Of a stretch of 25,791 bases of DNA, positions 1 to 8,445 are shown piece by piece. The position numbers were made by a program, and so were the translations under genes. The stretch covers positions 1 through 25,791 of the forward strand of contig WAKA01000161.1 in assembly GCA_015523565.1 (NCBI GenBank). Direction: 5' to 3'. The notes below the pieces were generated by a model. The model was not told the origin of the DNA. It saw only the letters and a program-made list of their open reading frames with translations, and searched no databases. The stretch comes from Candidatus Heimdallarchaeota archaeon (lineage in GTDB: Archaea; Asgardarchaeota; Heimdallarchaeia; Heimdallarchaeales; Kariarchaeaceae). The stretch's first letter is position 1; each line of letters opens with the position of its first letter.

Positions 1-2
1 GC

Positions 3-1097
3 ATTGCAGAAGAGGTCACAATAGTTTCCCTCGTTATGGGTGCGGCATCTGTCTTGATTGATATGGGTCGGTTGGATCGTGCACAGCATATTGTAATTTA
101 TGGTAACATTACTTCTCCATTAGTTTGGGATGTTATCTCTATTACCTTTTATCTTACTGGTAGTTTGATTTTCTTCTATACCCCGATTATTCCTGATTTT
201 GCATACTACCGTGATAATCTTGATCCTGAAAGGCATAAAATCAGGCAACGAATTTACAAAATATTGGCCTTAAATTGGAAAGGAACTCCTGAACAATTCG
301 ATAAGCTTGAACATGGGATTATGGAAAGATTGAAATGGTTCATTCTTCCAATTGCTCTTTCAGTACACACTGTTGTCAGTTGGATTTTTGCAGTTACATG
401 GAGACCAGGGTGGAACTCAACAATATTTGGTCCTTACTTTATTTCTGGTGCCATTTTCTCAGGAACCGCGGCACTGCTTACTGCACTGGTTGTTTTTACT
501 TGGTATTATGGCTTTCAAGATTATATTACAGTTTCCCATATACAGTCTACAACAAAAATTCTTTTGGCAACTAATTTTGCGTATGCGTATTTCACTCTTA
601 ACGAATATTTGATTCCTGCTTATAAACGCGAAACTGAGGAAATGGAATATTTATACCAGGTATATTACGGTGATCTTGCCCCCACTTTTTGGTTTATTAT
701 GATTGGAACTATGCTTGTGCCTTTTATCATGAACATGAAGATGCTGTCTATGAAAGAGGATGAACAGACAAAAGTTTATTGGTATGGCTTTATTTCTAGT
801 GTCCTGGTAAATATTGGTGCTTGGTTAAAGCGATATGTGATTTTGGTTCCAACTTTAAGAATCCCTGTAATTGATGAAAGTGAAGGTATCTATCCTTACA
901 ACCCAACTGCAGGGGAAATCTGGATTACCATTGCACAAGTCGCATTTTTCATTTTCTTCTATTGGTTTATCAACAAGATTGTTCCTCACATTCCTCTTTG
1001 GGAAGTTGAATTGGAATGGGAAAAAGATGGTTTGGTTGATGGTGAAACTCCGACTCGAAAGCATCTAAAAAGCATGGGATCAACATTTCACCATTGA
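3..1097 (+). CDS. NrfD/PsrC/ActC-family quinol-interacting membrane subunit (5'-truncated)
   Basis: Frame is open from base 3 (IAEEVTIVSLV-MGAA...), so the start lies outside the window. Motifs DMGRLDR, SPLVWD, SVHTVVS, RPGWNSTIFGPYFISGAIFSG and GAWLKRYVI, plus many TM segments, fit the NrfD family. Confidence 0.85.
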   Translation: MAEEVTIVSLVMGAASVLIDMGRLDRAQHIVIYGNITSPLVWDVISITFYLTGSLIFFYTPIIPDFAYYRDNLDPERHKIRQRIYKILALNWKGTPEQFDKLEHGIMERLKWFILPIALSVHTVVSWIFAVTWRPGWNSTIFGPYFISGAIFSGTAALLTALVVFTWYYGFQDYITVSHIQSTTKILLATNFAYAYFTLNEYLIPAYKRETEEMEYLYQVYYGDLAPTFWFIMIGTMLVPFIMNMKMLSMKEDEQTKVYWYGFISSVLVNIGAWLKRYVILVPTLRIPVIDESEGIYPYNPTAGEIWITIAQVAFFIFFYWFINKIVPHIPLWEVELEWEKDGLVDGETPTRKHLKSMGSTFHH

Positions 1098-1183
1098 ATT
1101 GATTTTTTAACTTCAATATACAGGGGATAACAAATTCTTCTTCTCTCTTTATATATTTGATATCAATTAATTAATTGAGGTAA

Positions 1184-1810
1184 ATGAAAATTCCCATGGT
1201 TCGGATATTTCTTATAACTTTATTATTTTTTTCCCTCTTCCATTTGCTCAGCGCTACAAGTACTGAAACACCAGAAAACAAAACAATAATTTATCAGTCA
1301 TCAACTTCTTCACCCCCTGGTGTTGAACCAATAGCATCTCAAAATTTAATTTCTGTTTCTTCACAGTCAAAAATAACTTCCCAATTAAATGCTATTACAT
1401 TAAATAATTCATACACCAGTTCATTAACTATCCCCTTTTTGTATTTTGTTTCATATCTTCCATTAATCCCATTCTTAATCTACATCCCCTTTCTCTTCCT
1501 TTCATACAAAAATAGACCACAAAAAAACAAAATAGACAAAGATAACTTTCAAACTTTCTTTGATATTCTTAATTTCACTGAAAATGCCATTACTCTTCAA
1601 AAGATTGTTTTTGCCTTTACTGGTTTTTCGATTTTAATCCTGATTTTTATTCTTATTTCATTTCAACCTTTTCAATGGCAGTTCTATCTTTCTTACCCAG
1701 TAGCCGCAATTATTTTTTATTTAGGGAAATCCAGCGGGGAATTTCATTTATCTAAACAATCTGTTGAAAAAAAACTTGATCCATTAAAAAATCATATTGA
1801 TAAGCTCTGA
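1184..1810 (+). CDS. Hypothetical membrane protein (signal peptide, S/T-rich linker, about 3 TM helices)
   Basis: 208-aa ORF preceded by tttatata and a gaggt SD-like site. Hydrophobic N-terminus and hydrophobic C-terminal segments. Confidence 0.6.
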   Translation: MKIPMVRIFLITLLFFSLFHLLSATSTETPENKTIIYQSSTSSPPGVEPIASQNLISVSSQSKITSQLNAITLNNSYTSSLTIPFLYFVSYLPLIPFLIYIPFLFLSYKNRPQKNKIDKDNFQTFFDILNFTENAITLQKIVFAFTGFSILILIFILISFQPFQWQFYLSYPVAAIIFYLGKSSGEFHLSKQSVEKKLDPLKNHIDKL

Positions 1811-1818
1811 AATGCCTT

Positions 1819-2199
1819 TCAGGACAATAGCCTTTGAAGGGCAATTTCTGCACTTTCTGCAACATCTGGGTGCGGATGTTTCAATAACTTTCTAATTGGC
1901 ATTTCTGCGCGTTTATCCCCTAATGTTGCTAATGCAAGTGCTGCCTCATGAATGACAAAAATATTTTCATCTTCCTCCAACACTCTGATAAGATTTGGAA
2001 CGGCTTTTGGTGATGCAGTCTCTCCCAATGAAAACGCAATCTCATGTCTCACAATTGGTGATGGCTCTGAAAATAATGCCTTAATGAGACAATCCACTGC
2101 TTCTTCACTTCCATCATTCATTAATGCGAAACTCGCTTGAATTCTATTTTCTTTCGTTTCGTTCAAATCAAAAATGACTGATTTAGGGTCTTTTTCCAT
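1819..2199 (-). CDS. HEAT/PBS-lyase repeat protein resembling one half of deoxyhypusine hydroxylase (DOHH)
   Basis: 126 aa with about four HEAT-like repeats. Contains two His-Glu motifs (VRHEIAFSLGE, VIHEAALAL) and a C-terminal VAESAEIAL. Confidence 0.8.
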   Translation of the reverse strand: MEKDPKSVIFDLNETKENRIQASFALMNDGSEEAVDCLIKALFSEPSPIVRHEIAFSLGETASPKAVPNLIRVLEEDENIFVIHEAALALATLGDKRAEMPIRKLLKHPHPDVAESAEIALQRLLS

Positions 2200-2248
2200 A
2201 TGTTGTTTTGAAGATTTTAATTTATATTCTTAACTTAATATTCTTCAC

Positions 2249-2398
2249 TTAATCGCACTCTGAGAAAATGATAGGATAACTAATGATGCAAGCTGATCCG
2301 CTTCGAATACTTGCGGCGAATATTCCCATAAGAGCGGGCACTAGTGCGATAGCCAATTTCTTTGCAGAAAGTTTGAAAAAGCTGGTTGTTGTATTCAT
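2249..2398 (-). CDS. 49-aa putative secreted peptide precursor (MNTTTSFFKLSAKKLAIALVPALMGIFAASIRSGSACIISYPIIFSECD)
   Basis: Translated by hand; not in the ORF track. SD GAGGAGGT (2408-2415, minus) sits 9 nt from the ATG. TATA-like cttaaataa at 2447-2455 (minus). Signal-peptide-like n/h/c layout. Confidence 0.7.
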   Translation of the reverse strand: MNTTTSFFKLSAKKLAIALVPALMGIFAASIRSGSACIISYPIIFSECD

Positions 2399-2407
2399 GA
2401 TACCTTT

Positions 2408-2455
2408 ACCTCCTCAATTTTGAGGTGTTATCATATGCTGAGTCAATTATTTAAG
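2408..2455 (-). promoter_or_regulatory. TATA-like box and Shine-Dalgarno site for the 49-aa peptide gene
   Basis: Minus strand reads cttaaataa ... acctcaaaattgaggaggtaaaggtatcATG. Confidence 0.55.
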
Positions 2456-2513
2456 GTCAGATTGCAATTTTCCATATGAAAAGGGAAATTAATGTGATCG
2501 ATAATATAAATCA

Positions 2514-2663
2514 ATGAAAAACAAAAACCACAATGATTCTGAAAAAATAGACACATCTCCTCAATCTTTTGATTTTCTTTCATTTTTGATAAGATTTGCA
2601 ACCCCATTAGGCTTACTTATCTTTTCAATTGGAACAATAATACAGATTTTTTCAAGACAATAG
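2514..2663 (+). CDS. 49-aa putative small membrane protein with a C-terminal TM helix
   Basis: Hand translation: MKNKNHNDSEKIDTSPQSFDFLSFLIRFATPLGLLIFSIGTIIQIFSRQ. It fills the gap and stops 4 nt before the convergent wHTH stop. AT-rich box aaattaat lies 20-28 nt upstream. Confidence 0.4.
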   Translation: MKNKNHNDSEKIDTSPQSFDFLSFLIRFATPLGLLIFSIGTIIQIFSRQ

Positions 2664-2667
2664 GGAT

Positions 2668-2967
2668 TTATTCCAAATCATTTATCCCAAAAAAATCTTT
2701 GAGTAAATGCTCTGCTGTCATCAAAAAATCCATTCCTTTCTCAGTAAGATAAAATAAAAAAGTTGTTCCTCCTTCTGATTGATGCCTTTCAATTCTTTCT
2801 TCTTTAACAAATCCTTTGTCTAACAGTTCTCCCAATAGCAAATTCAACTGTTTTGATGTTGGGATATTTAGCTGTTTTTTCATTTTGTACTTTGAAACTC
2901 CTTTATTTGACGATTTTATCAATTGCAAGATTGAAAATTTCAATTGGCTTTTATCACGTTTTTTCAT
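2668..2967 (-). CDS. Winged-helix DNA-binding protein (MarR/PadR/ArsR-like fold)
   Basis: 99 aa, basic. Pattern LLGELLDKGFV...FYLTEKG is typical of wHTH wings. Confidence 0.8.
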   Translation of the reverse strand: MKKRDKSQLKFSILQLIKSSNKGVSKYKMKKQLNIPTSKQLNLLLGELLDKGFVKEERIERHQSEGGTTFLFYLTEKGMDFLMTAEHLLKDFFGINDLE

Positions 2968-3076
2968 TAAATGAACTCTTTTCTTTTCTTCCTTTGAAAA
3001 TTAATAATCTTTTCTTGAAAATTTTGGTTATTGCCCCAATCATTTCACTGAAATATGCACTAACGGTTTAAAAATC

Positions 3077-4063
3077 ATGAAATACCGCTATCTAGGCAAA
3101 CACGGATTACGCATCTCTGAAATTTCTCTTGGTGCTTGGTTGACTTTTGGAGGATCAATCAATAAAGAAAAATCAAAAGAGATTATCACGACCGCTCTTG
3201 ATGAAGGAATCAATTTCATTGACATAGCTGATATTTACTCAAAAGGAAATGCAGAGAAAATCGTTGGTGAAATAGTGTCGGATGGAACATATGATAGAAA
3301 AGATTTAGTCATATCTTCTAAGGTTTTTTGGCCTATGTCTGACAATCCAAATGATATGGGTCTGTCACGAAAACATATCCTTGATTCAATTGAGGGATCC
3401 CTCAATCGATTAAATATGGACTACCTTGATATTTACTATTGTCATCGTTTTGATCATTTCACTCCACTTCGAGAAACCATAGAAGCAATGGACGACCTTG
3501 TTAGGTCAGGTCAGGTGAGGTATTGGGGTACCAGTGTCTGGAACGCTGCTCAATTGGAACGAGCCATTGGCATTGCAAAAGAAATTGGAGCACGTTTGCC
3601 TTCTGTTGAACAGCCACGGTATAACATGCTAGATCGATTTATAGAATTGGAAATTATTGATACTGCAAAATATCATGGTTTGGGTTTAACCGTCTGGTCT
3701 CCATTGGGTCAAGGAATATTGACTGGAAAATACAACAATGGAATCCCTGAGGGTAGTAGAGGTCAAACTTCTGAATTTTTAAAACGGGAATTAACTGATG
3801 AAAATATTGAAAAAGTAAAAAAACTTTCTGAAATTGCATCTGAACTAGAAATAACAATGTCCCAATTGGCTTTGGCGTGGGTTTTGCGAAAAGATGTAAT
3901 TTCAAGTGCAATCACAGGGGCAACTTCTGTAGATCAACTTCAAGAAAACATTGCTGCCTCAGATATTCGTCTCTCAAAAGAAGTTTTGGAGCAAATCGAG
4001 TCTATTTTGCTGAATGCTCCTGATCACCATCCAATTTATCGTATTGCCGTTCCAAATCGGTAG
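3077..4063 (+). CDS. Aldo/keto reductase (Kv-beta/Tas-like subfamily)
   Basis: MKYRYLG...SLGAWLTFG start. Catalytic tetrad contexts DIADIY, SSK and YCHR. WSPLGQGILTGKY. Confidence 0.93.
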   Translation: MKYRYLGKHGLRISEISLGAWLTFGGSINKEKSKEIITTALDEGINFIDIADIYSKGNAEKIVGEIVSDGTYDRKDLVISSKVFWPMSDNPNDMGLSRKHILDSIEGSLNRLNMDYLDIYYCHRFDHFTPLRETIEAMDDLVRSGQVRYWGTSVWNAAQLERAIGIAKEIGARLPSVEQPRYNMLDRFIELEIIDTAKYHGLGLTVWSPLGQGILTGKYNNGIPEGSRGQTSEFLKRELTDENIEKVKKLSEIASELEITMSQLALAWVLRKDVISSAITGATSVDQLQENIAASDIRLSKEVLEQIESILLNAPDHHPIYRIAVPNR

Positions 4064-4132
4064 TTTCTATTTTTCGAGAAAATTTATGTTGCACTAGTGA
4101 TATATTTTTATTTATTCTGAAAATTACAACAT

Positions 4133-4414
4133 ATGGTAAAATCACCCTATCTTATTTTCGCTATTTTATTTTCAGTTCCCTTTTTAATTGCGGGGATTGT
4201 AGCTCAAGCTTTTCAATCAGTAGCCCAAGGAATCGCCATTGATGGAAGCTTGGACATCCACCTTTGGAGAACTTTCGCTTTAGAGGACGACACACAAGAA
4301 GTTGCCGCTGTTTCAATAACATTACTTCTTTTTGTGGTATTTGCACTTGTAGGTGTTGTCATCCGTAATGGCATGGAATTATATGATGAAGAAGACCTTG
4401 GGCTTCTCAATTAA
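4133..4414 (+). CDS. Small hypothetical membrane protein (2 TM)
   Basis: 93 aa, two hydrophobic segments, acidic tail. Confidence 0.6.
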   Translation: MVKSPYLIFAILFSVPFLIAGIVAQAFQSVAQGIAIDGSLDIHLWRTFALEDDTQEVAAVSITLLLFVVFALVGVVIRNGMELYDEEDLGLLN

Positions 4415-4431
4415 TTTTTGCTAGATTGATT

Positions 4432-5157
4432 TTATTGCTCAATTGAAGAAAATGACTTAATTAGGTCATCTCTATTTTTCATTCCATTAAGTTCCGCAAT
4501 CCTGTCCAATGTAAGCCCTGCATCCCTTTTTAGCATAGGTGTTCTTCTCGTTATCAAGGTATGGATTAATTCTGGAACTAGCACAGTGCTACCTATTTCC
4601 CCAATTGCATTCATTGTTGTCGTTTTTATGGCTGGATTTGCCTGCTTTTGCATTAGTTCCCAAAGTCTCTTTGCAACCTTGTCATTCTTTGAATTATAAT
4701 AGTTATTGGCAATGGCTCTTATGCAGTTTACCCGTACTGGCAAGGAATTATCCTTTTCCGCCATTTCCCAAAGGGTCTCAACTTGTTTGTCTGAAAGGGA
4801 ATTTGGGGGATATCTTGCCAATGCATCCGCGGCAAACCCTCTTATATTTTCCAATATATTTTCATTTTCTAGCAAAGAGAAAATATAGTCATGTGCTGGC
4901 TTATATTGTAAAACACCTAGCGACAAAAGAAAATGCCATGCTGGACGGAATGAACCTGTAAAGTTTTCTGGAATTGAATTTATTGCATCTTTCAATAATT
5001 GTAAAAGTTTTTCTCCCAAATCTGCAAATTTCTCTTTCTCTTTCCATTGCTCCCAAAAAGTCCAAAGATTCCTTGCTGCAACTGTTATTTCTTCAAAATC
5101 ATCTGAATTTATCATTTCTATGATTTCATCTTCGGTATATGCTGATTGCTGAACCAT
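4432..5157 (-). CDS. HEAT-repeat protein
   Basis: Repeats IRGFAADALA, VRVNCIRAIA, IKTTTMNAIGEIG and LKRDAGLTLDRI. Confidence 0.75.
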   Translation of the reverse strand: MVQQSAYTEDEIIEMINSDDFEEITVAARNLWTFWEQWKEKEKFADLGEKLLQLLKDAINSIPENFTGSFRPAWHFLLSLGVLQYKPAHDYIFSLLENENILENIRGFAADALARYPPNSLSDKQVETLWEMAEKDNSLPVRVNCIRAIANNYYNSKNDKVAKRLWELMQKQANPAIKTTTMNAIGEIGSTVLVPELIHTLITRRTPMLKRDAGLTLDRIAELNGMKNRDDLIKSFSSIEQ

Positions 5158-5208
5158 GATTTAAATTCATTGATTTGCCATTTATATTCTATGATAATTC
5201 TATTGTTT

Positions 5209-7539
5209 TTATTTATCTGGCGTGTGGTGAACTATTACAGCACTGTTGACTTTTTCCATAATCCTATATGCAAGCTTCGTACGCAATTTGTTTAATAGAC
5301 CTTTATCTTTTGTATGACCAATCAGCACTGCATCAGGTTCCCTTTTTTCAGTAGCTTGAACCAATGCCTTTACCAAATTGTGTCCGTACAGTAAAATCGG
5401 TGTGACATCCAAACCCATTCTTTCACATAGTTCTTTGGCATACTTTTCAAATTCTTCTGCACTCCTTTTTACTTCTGGAAACTCTGCTGCATCCTCTAAC
5501 GAAATTGTCTGTGGAATTTGAATAATATGGTATGCATATATGTGGCTTTTTGGTCCTGTTGATGAAATTATGCTTGCCCATCTTGCTAAATAGGCATCCC
5601 TTTCTGTCCCATCCATTAAAATAAATAAATCTCCTATTTCTTGTTTCTTGATCCCGTAATTTGGTGGATGGACTTGTAAAACTGTTGTATTGACACGTTC
5701 TACAACTGTTTTTGAAATGCTTTCCGTAAATAGCCTGTCTATTAACCCTTTTCTCCTTTTTGAGGAAAGAACCACCAATTGATAATCTCCTTTTTTACAG
5801 GTTTCTACAATTGTTTCTGATATTTTTGATGAAGAATCTATGATTACATTGTAGTTTTTCACTCGAAATTCCTTGAAAATGCTTAATGGTTGCGACAGAT
5901 CATCTTCTGGATTCCCTATATGCAAAATATCAACTTCCACATTGTATTTTCGTGCAATAGTTGCCGCAATTTGCCATGTTTTCGTTTCAAATGTCTCTCC
6001 TGATATTGGGACAAGCATTCGCTCTAAATCAACAAAATACTCGTCTGTATATCGGTACATTGGTGTAAACTCCTTTATCAGTTCTTTGCCCAATGGCTCT
6101 AGATCATATTTCCTTATTTCTTCTTCCTTGATTCCTCCCTTTCTGCTATAATAAAGATGCGTAATTAATGAAATCCCTAAAAAGATAATCAAAACACCCA
6201 ATGTAAGTTTTGATTTATCCAAATTGGCACCAATAAACAGAAAAACAAGAAATAGATAAAATAAAATCAAAATGGTTGCAATATATGCTAAGATCGGTCT
6301 TTCTTTCTTGAATACATGAATTACTGCAAAATTAATGGAAAGAAAAATCCCTAAGAAAATTACAGATCCAACTTCTGCAATTTCCTCTGCATTCCCAAAG
6401 AATGTGAAAAACCAACTGACTCCACTTGTGATGATAATCGCCATGTATGGCACTTTTGTTTTCTTGCTTATTTTTGCAATGCTTTTGGGAAATGCCCCAT
6501 AATCCGACATTACATATGCCAATCTTGAGGAGCCTAGCAAAGTTGCGTTAATTGCCGACGTTGTACTTGCCGCAGCACCAAATGCCACTAAGAAGACTGC
6601 CCATCCTCCTAAAAATTTCACAGCATCAATTAATGCGTCTTCCTCAATATGGTGGGGATTGTCAACAAGGCTGAATGTTGCAATTGTTACCGCACAATAT
6701 GTGAAAGTTACAACAACCACGGAAATTATCATGCCCAATTTGACATCTCTTGCGGGATTCTTCAATTCCTCAACCGTATTTGCAATAACTTGAAACCCTT
6801 CATAACTAACAAAAATTACTGCACTTCCAATAATCATCCCGCTTAATCCTCCAAAAATTCCTAGGTCTTCTCCGCTTGTTGGATTCAAGGGATTGACATC
6901 TATGAAAAATGGAACATAATTCTTTGGATTAAAAAGAATGAACCCAACTACTGCAACGAACATTAAGACAGACACTTTGAACAACACGATGGCATTTTGA
7001 ATTGTTCCTGTTTCCTTCACCCCTTTCAGATTAATGAGCATAAATGTTGCAATCGCCAAAAAAGCAAGTACCTTTCTTCCAGTTATCTGGGTGTTAAATC
7101 CTCCAACAATCCATCCCTCATAGTCTAATCTGAAAAAATCAATCCCTGTAAACATATTCAGGAAACTGCTCATATATAGACCAAATGTAAAGGCATACAA
7201 TGCAATAGTCACTGAATATCCCAACCAAAGCATCATGCCCACCATATTTCCAAAAATCGGCTTGTCTTGGAATCCTTTTCTCAAAATCACAAATTCTCCC
7301 CCCGCTGAGGGATATTTTGCAACAATCTTATAATATGACGTTGCAGTTAATAATGCTATAATCCCTCCTAAAAAAAAACTAATTACTGAAGAAGGTCCTG
7401 CCATCCTTGCAAGCCTCCCCAACACTGAAAATATCCCTCCGCCGATCATTGCTCCAACCGCTATGGAAACGGCCTCTTTTAACCCTAACTCTTTTGCAAA
7501 CTCCGTATGGGTTAATTGATCTTCTACTTTTACATCCAT
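5209..7539 (-). CDS. APC-superfamily amino acid/cation permease with C-terminal universal-stress-protein-like domains
   Basis: GAMIGGGIF TM1 motif, YPSAGG, FVSYEGFQ and about 12 TMs. The soluble C-terminal ~280 aa has two USP-like units (MLVPISG...DYQLVVL...ISKTVV; ILMDG...PDAVLIG...AVIVHH). Confidence 0.88.
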   Translation of the reverse strand: MDVKVEDQLTHTEFAKELGLKEAVSIAVGAMIGGGIFSVLGRLARMAGPSSVISFFLGGIIALLTATSYYKIVAKYPSAGGEFVILRKGFQDKPIFGNMVGMMLWLGYSVTIALYAFTFGLYMSSFLNMFTGIDFFRLDYEGWIVGGFNTQITGRKVLAFLAIATFMLINLKGVKETGTIQNAIVLFKVSVLMFVAVVGFILFNPKNYVPFFIDVNPLNPTSGEDLGIFGGLSGMIIGSAVIFVSYEGFQVIANTVEELKNPARDVKLGMIISVVVVTFTYCAVTIATFSLVDNPHHIEEDALIDAVKFLGGWAVFLVAFGAAASTTSAINATLLGSSRLAYVMSDYGAFPKSIAKISKKTKVPYMAIIITSGVSWFFTFFGNAEEIAEVGSVIFLGIFLSINFAVIHVFKKERPILAYIATILILFYLFLVFLFIGANLDKSKLTLGVLIIFLGISLITHLYYSRKGGIKEEEIRKYDLEPLGKELIKEFTPMYRYTDEYFVDLERMLVPISGETFETKTWQIAATIARKYNVEVDILHIGNPEDDLSQPLSIFKEFRVKNYNVIIDSSSKISETIVETCKKGDYQLVVLSSKRRKGLIDRLFTESISKTVVERVNTTVLQVHPPNYGIKKQEIGDLFILMDGTERDAYLARWASIISSTGPKSHIYAYHIIQIPQTISLEDAAEFPEVKRSAEEFEKYAKELCERMGLDVTPILLYGHNLVKALVQATEKREPDAVLIGHTKDKGLLNKLRTKLAYRIMEKVNSAVIVHHTPDK

Positions 7540-7631
7540 AGCTTTTCTATCCTTAAATATTTATGAATTATTGCAAAATGCCACTTCATTTTTCTTGTAT
7601 TTCTAAAGATCGGTTCTGATATATGACCCCC

Positions 7632-8384
7632 TTATTTTGCAGACATCGCCTTTTTGCTTACCACTTTCCGTGTCAACTCAAAAATCGGCTGAATTAGCCT
7701 TTTGACTGGCTCTGGTCGCATTTCTTTCCTGAACCTTCCCTTCTCATCAAAAAACTTCTTGCGATCTTCGCTTTGTATGATCTCAAGTAAAGCATCTTTT
7801 GCATCTAAACATGAAATGCCATACACCTCTTCATTTTCAAACCCTTCTGATCTAATTATTTCTTTGATTTCTTCAATTTTCATTTTCTCCGTTTCAGGCA
7901 AATCCATCTTGTTCACTGCAAAAACAATGGGGGTGTCTTCTGGGATTACCCTGCCCATGTTTTCTTTTAGCTCCCTCAATATTGCCTTCGTCCTTTCACG
8001 CTGGACTTTATTAAAATCCAGTAGAACCAAAATGCCTTCTGTTCCATTCAACACTACTTCCCGTGTCTTTCGATATCGGTCTTGTCCCGCAACACAATAG
8101 ATTCTGTACTTCAATAAAGGTGTATCCTTGGTACTCCGACCATCCACTGTAAATGTATTCTGATCAAATAGTGCAGTCTCTTCAAATGGATTTTTTATTG
8201 AAGTAAGCTTTCCACTGGAGTGGGGATTTTCCATTTTTTTTAATATTGAATAAAGCTCAATTAATGTACTTTTCCCAGCTTCCGCTGGACCGTAGATGAC
8301 AAGTTTGATGGTTGGTATCCCCTCTATATCTGTCTTAAATGTAGAAACTTCATTCATGTAATCCTGATAGGCTAGATTATTCAT
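7632..8384 (-). CDS. Small Ras-superfamily GTPase, MglA-like
   Basis: G1 GPAEAGKST, switch-I ETALFD, G3 CVAGQ, G4 NKMD, G5 SCL. Confidence 0.85.
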   Translation of the reverse strand: MNNLAYQDYMNEVSTFKTDIEGIPTIKLVIYGPAEAGKSTLIELYSILKKMENPHSSGKLTSIKNPFEETALFDQNTFTVDGRSTKDTPLLKYRIYCVAGQDRYRKTREVVLNGTEGILVLLDFNKVQRERTKAILRELKENMGRVIPEDTPIVFAVNKMDLPETEKMKIEEIKEIIRSEGFENEEVYGISCLDAKDALLEIIQSEDRKKFFDEKGRFRKEMRPEPVKRLIQPIFELTRKVVSKKAMSAK

Positions 8385-8445
8385 TATTAATAGAGTTTAT
8401 TCTCTCTTAAGGTTCCAACGAACAAAATTGTTCCCAAAAAAATAT

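Noticed and set aside
2853-3071. 72-aa hydrophobic plus-strand ORF
   Set aside because: It overlaps the wHTH gene antisense and spans the AT-rich divergent promoter; the hydrophobicity follows from T-richness.
4432-5157. Second DOHH-like protein
   Set aside because: HEAT repeats are present but His-Glu motifs are absent.
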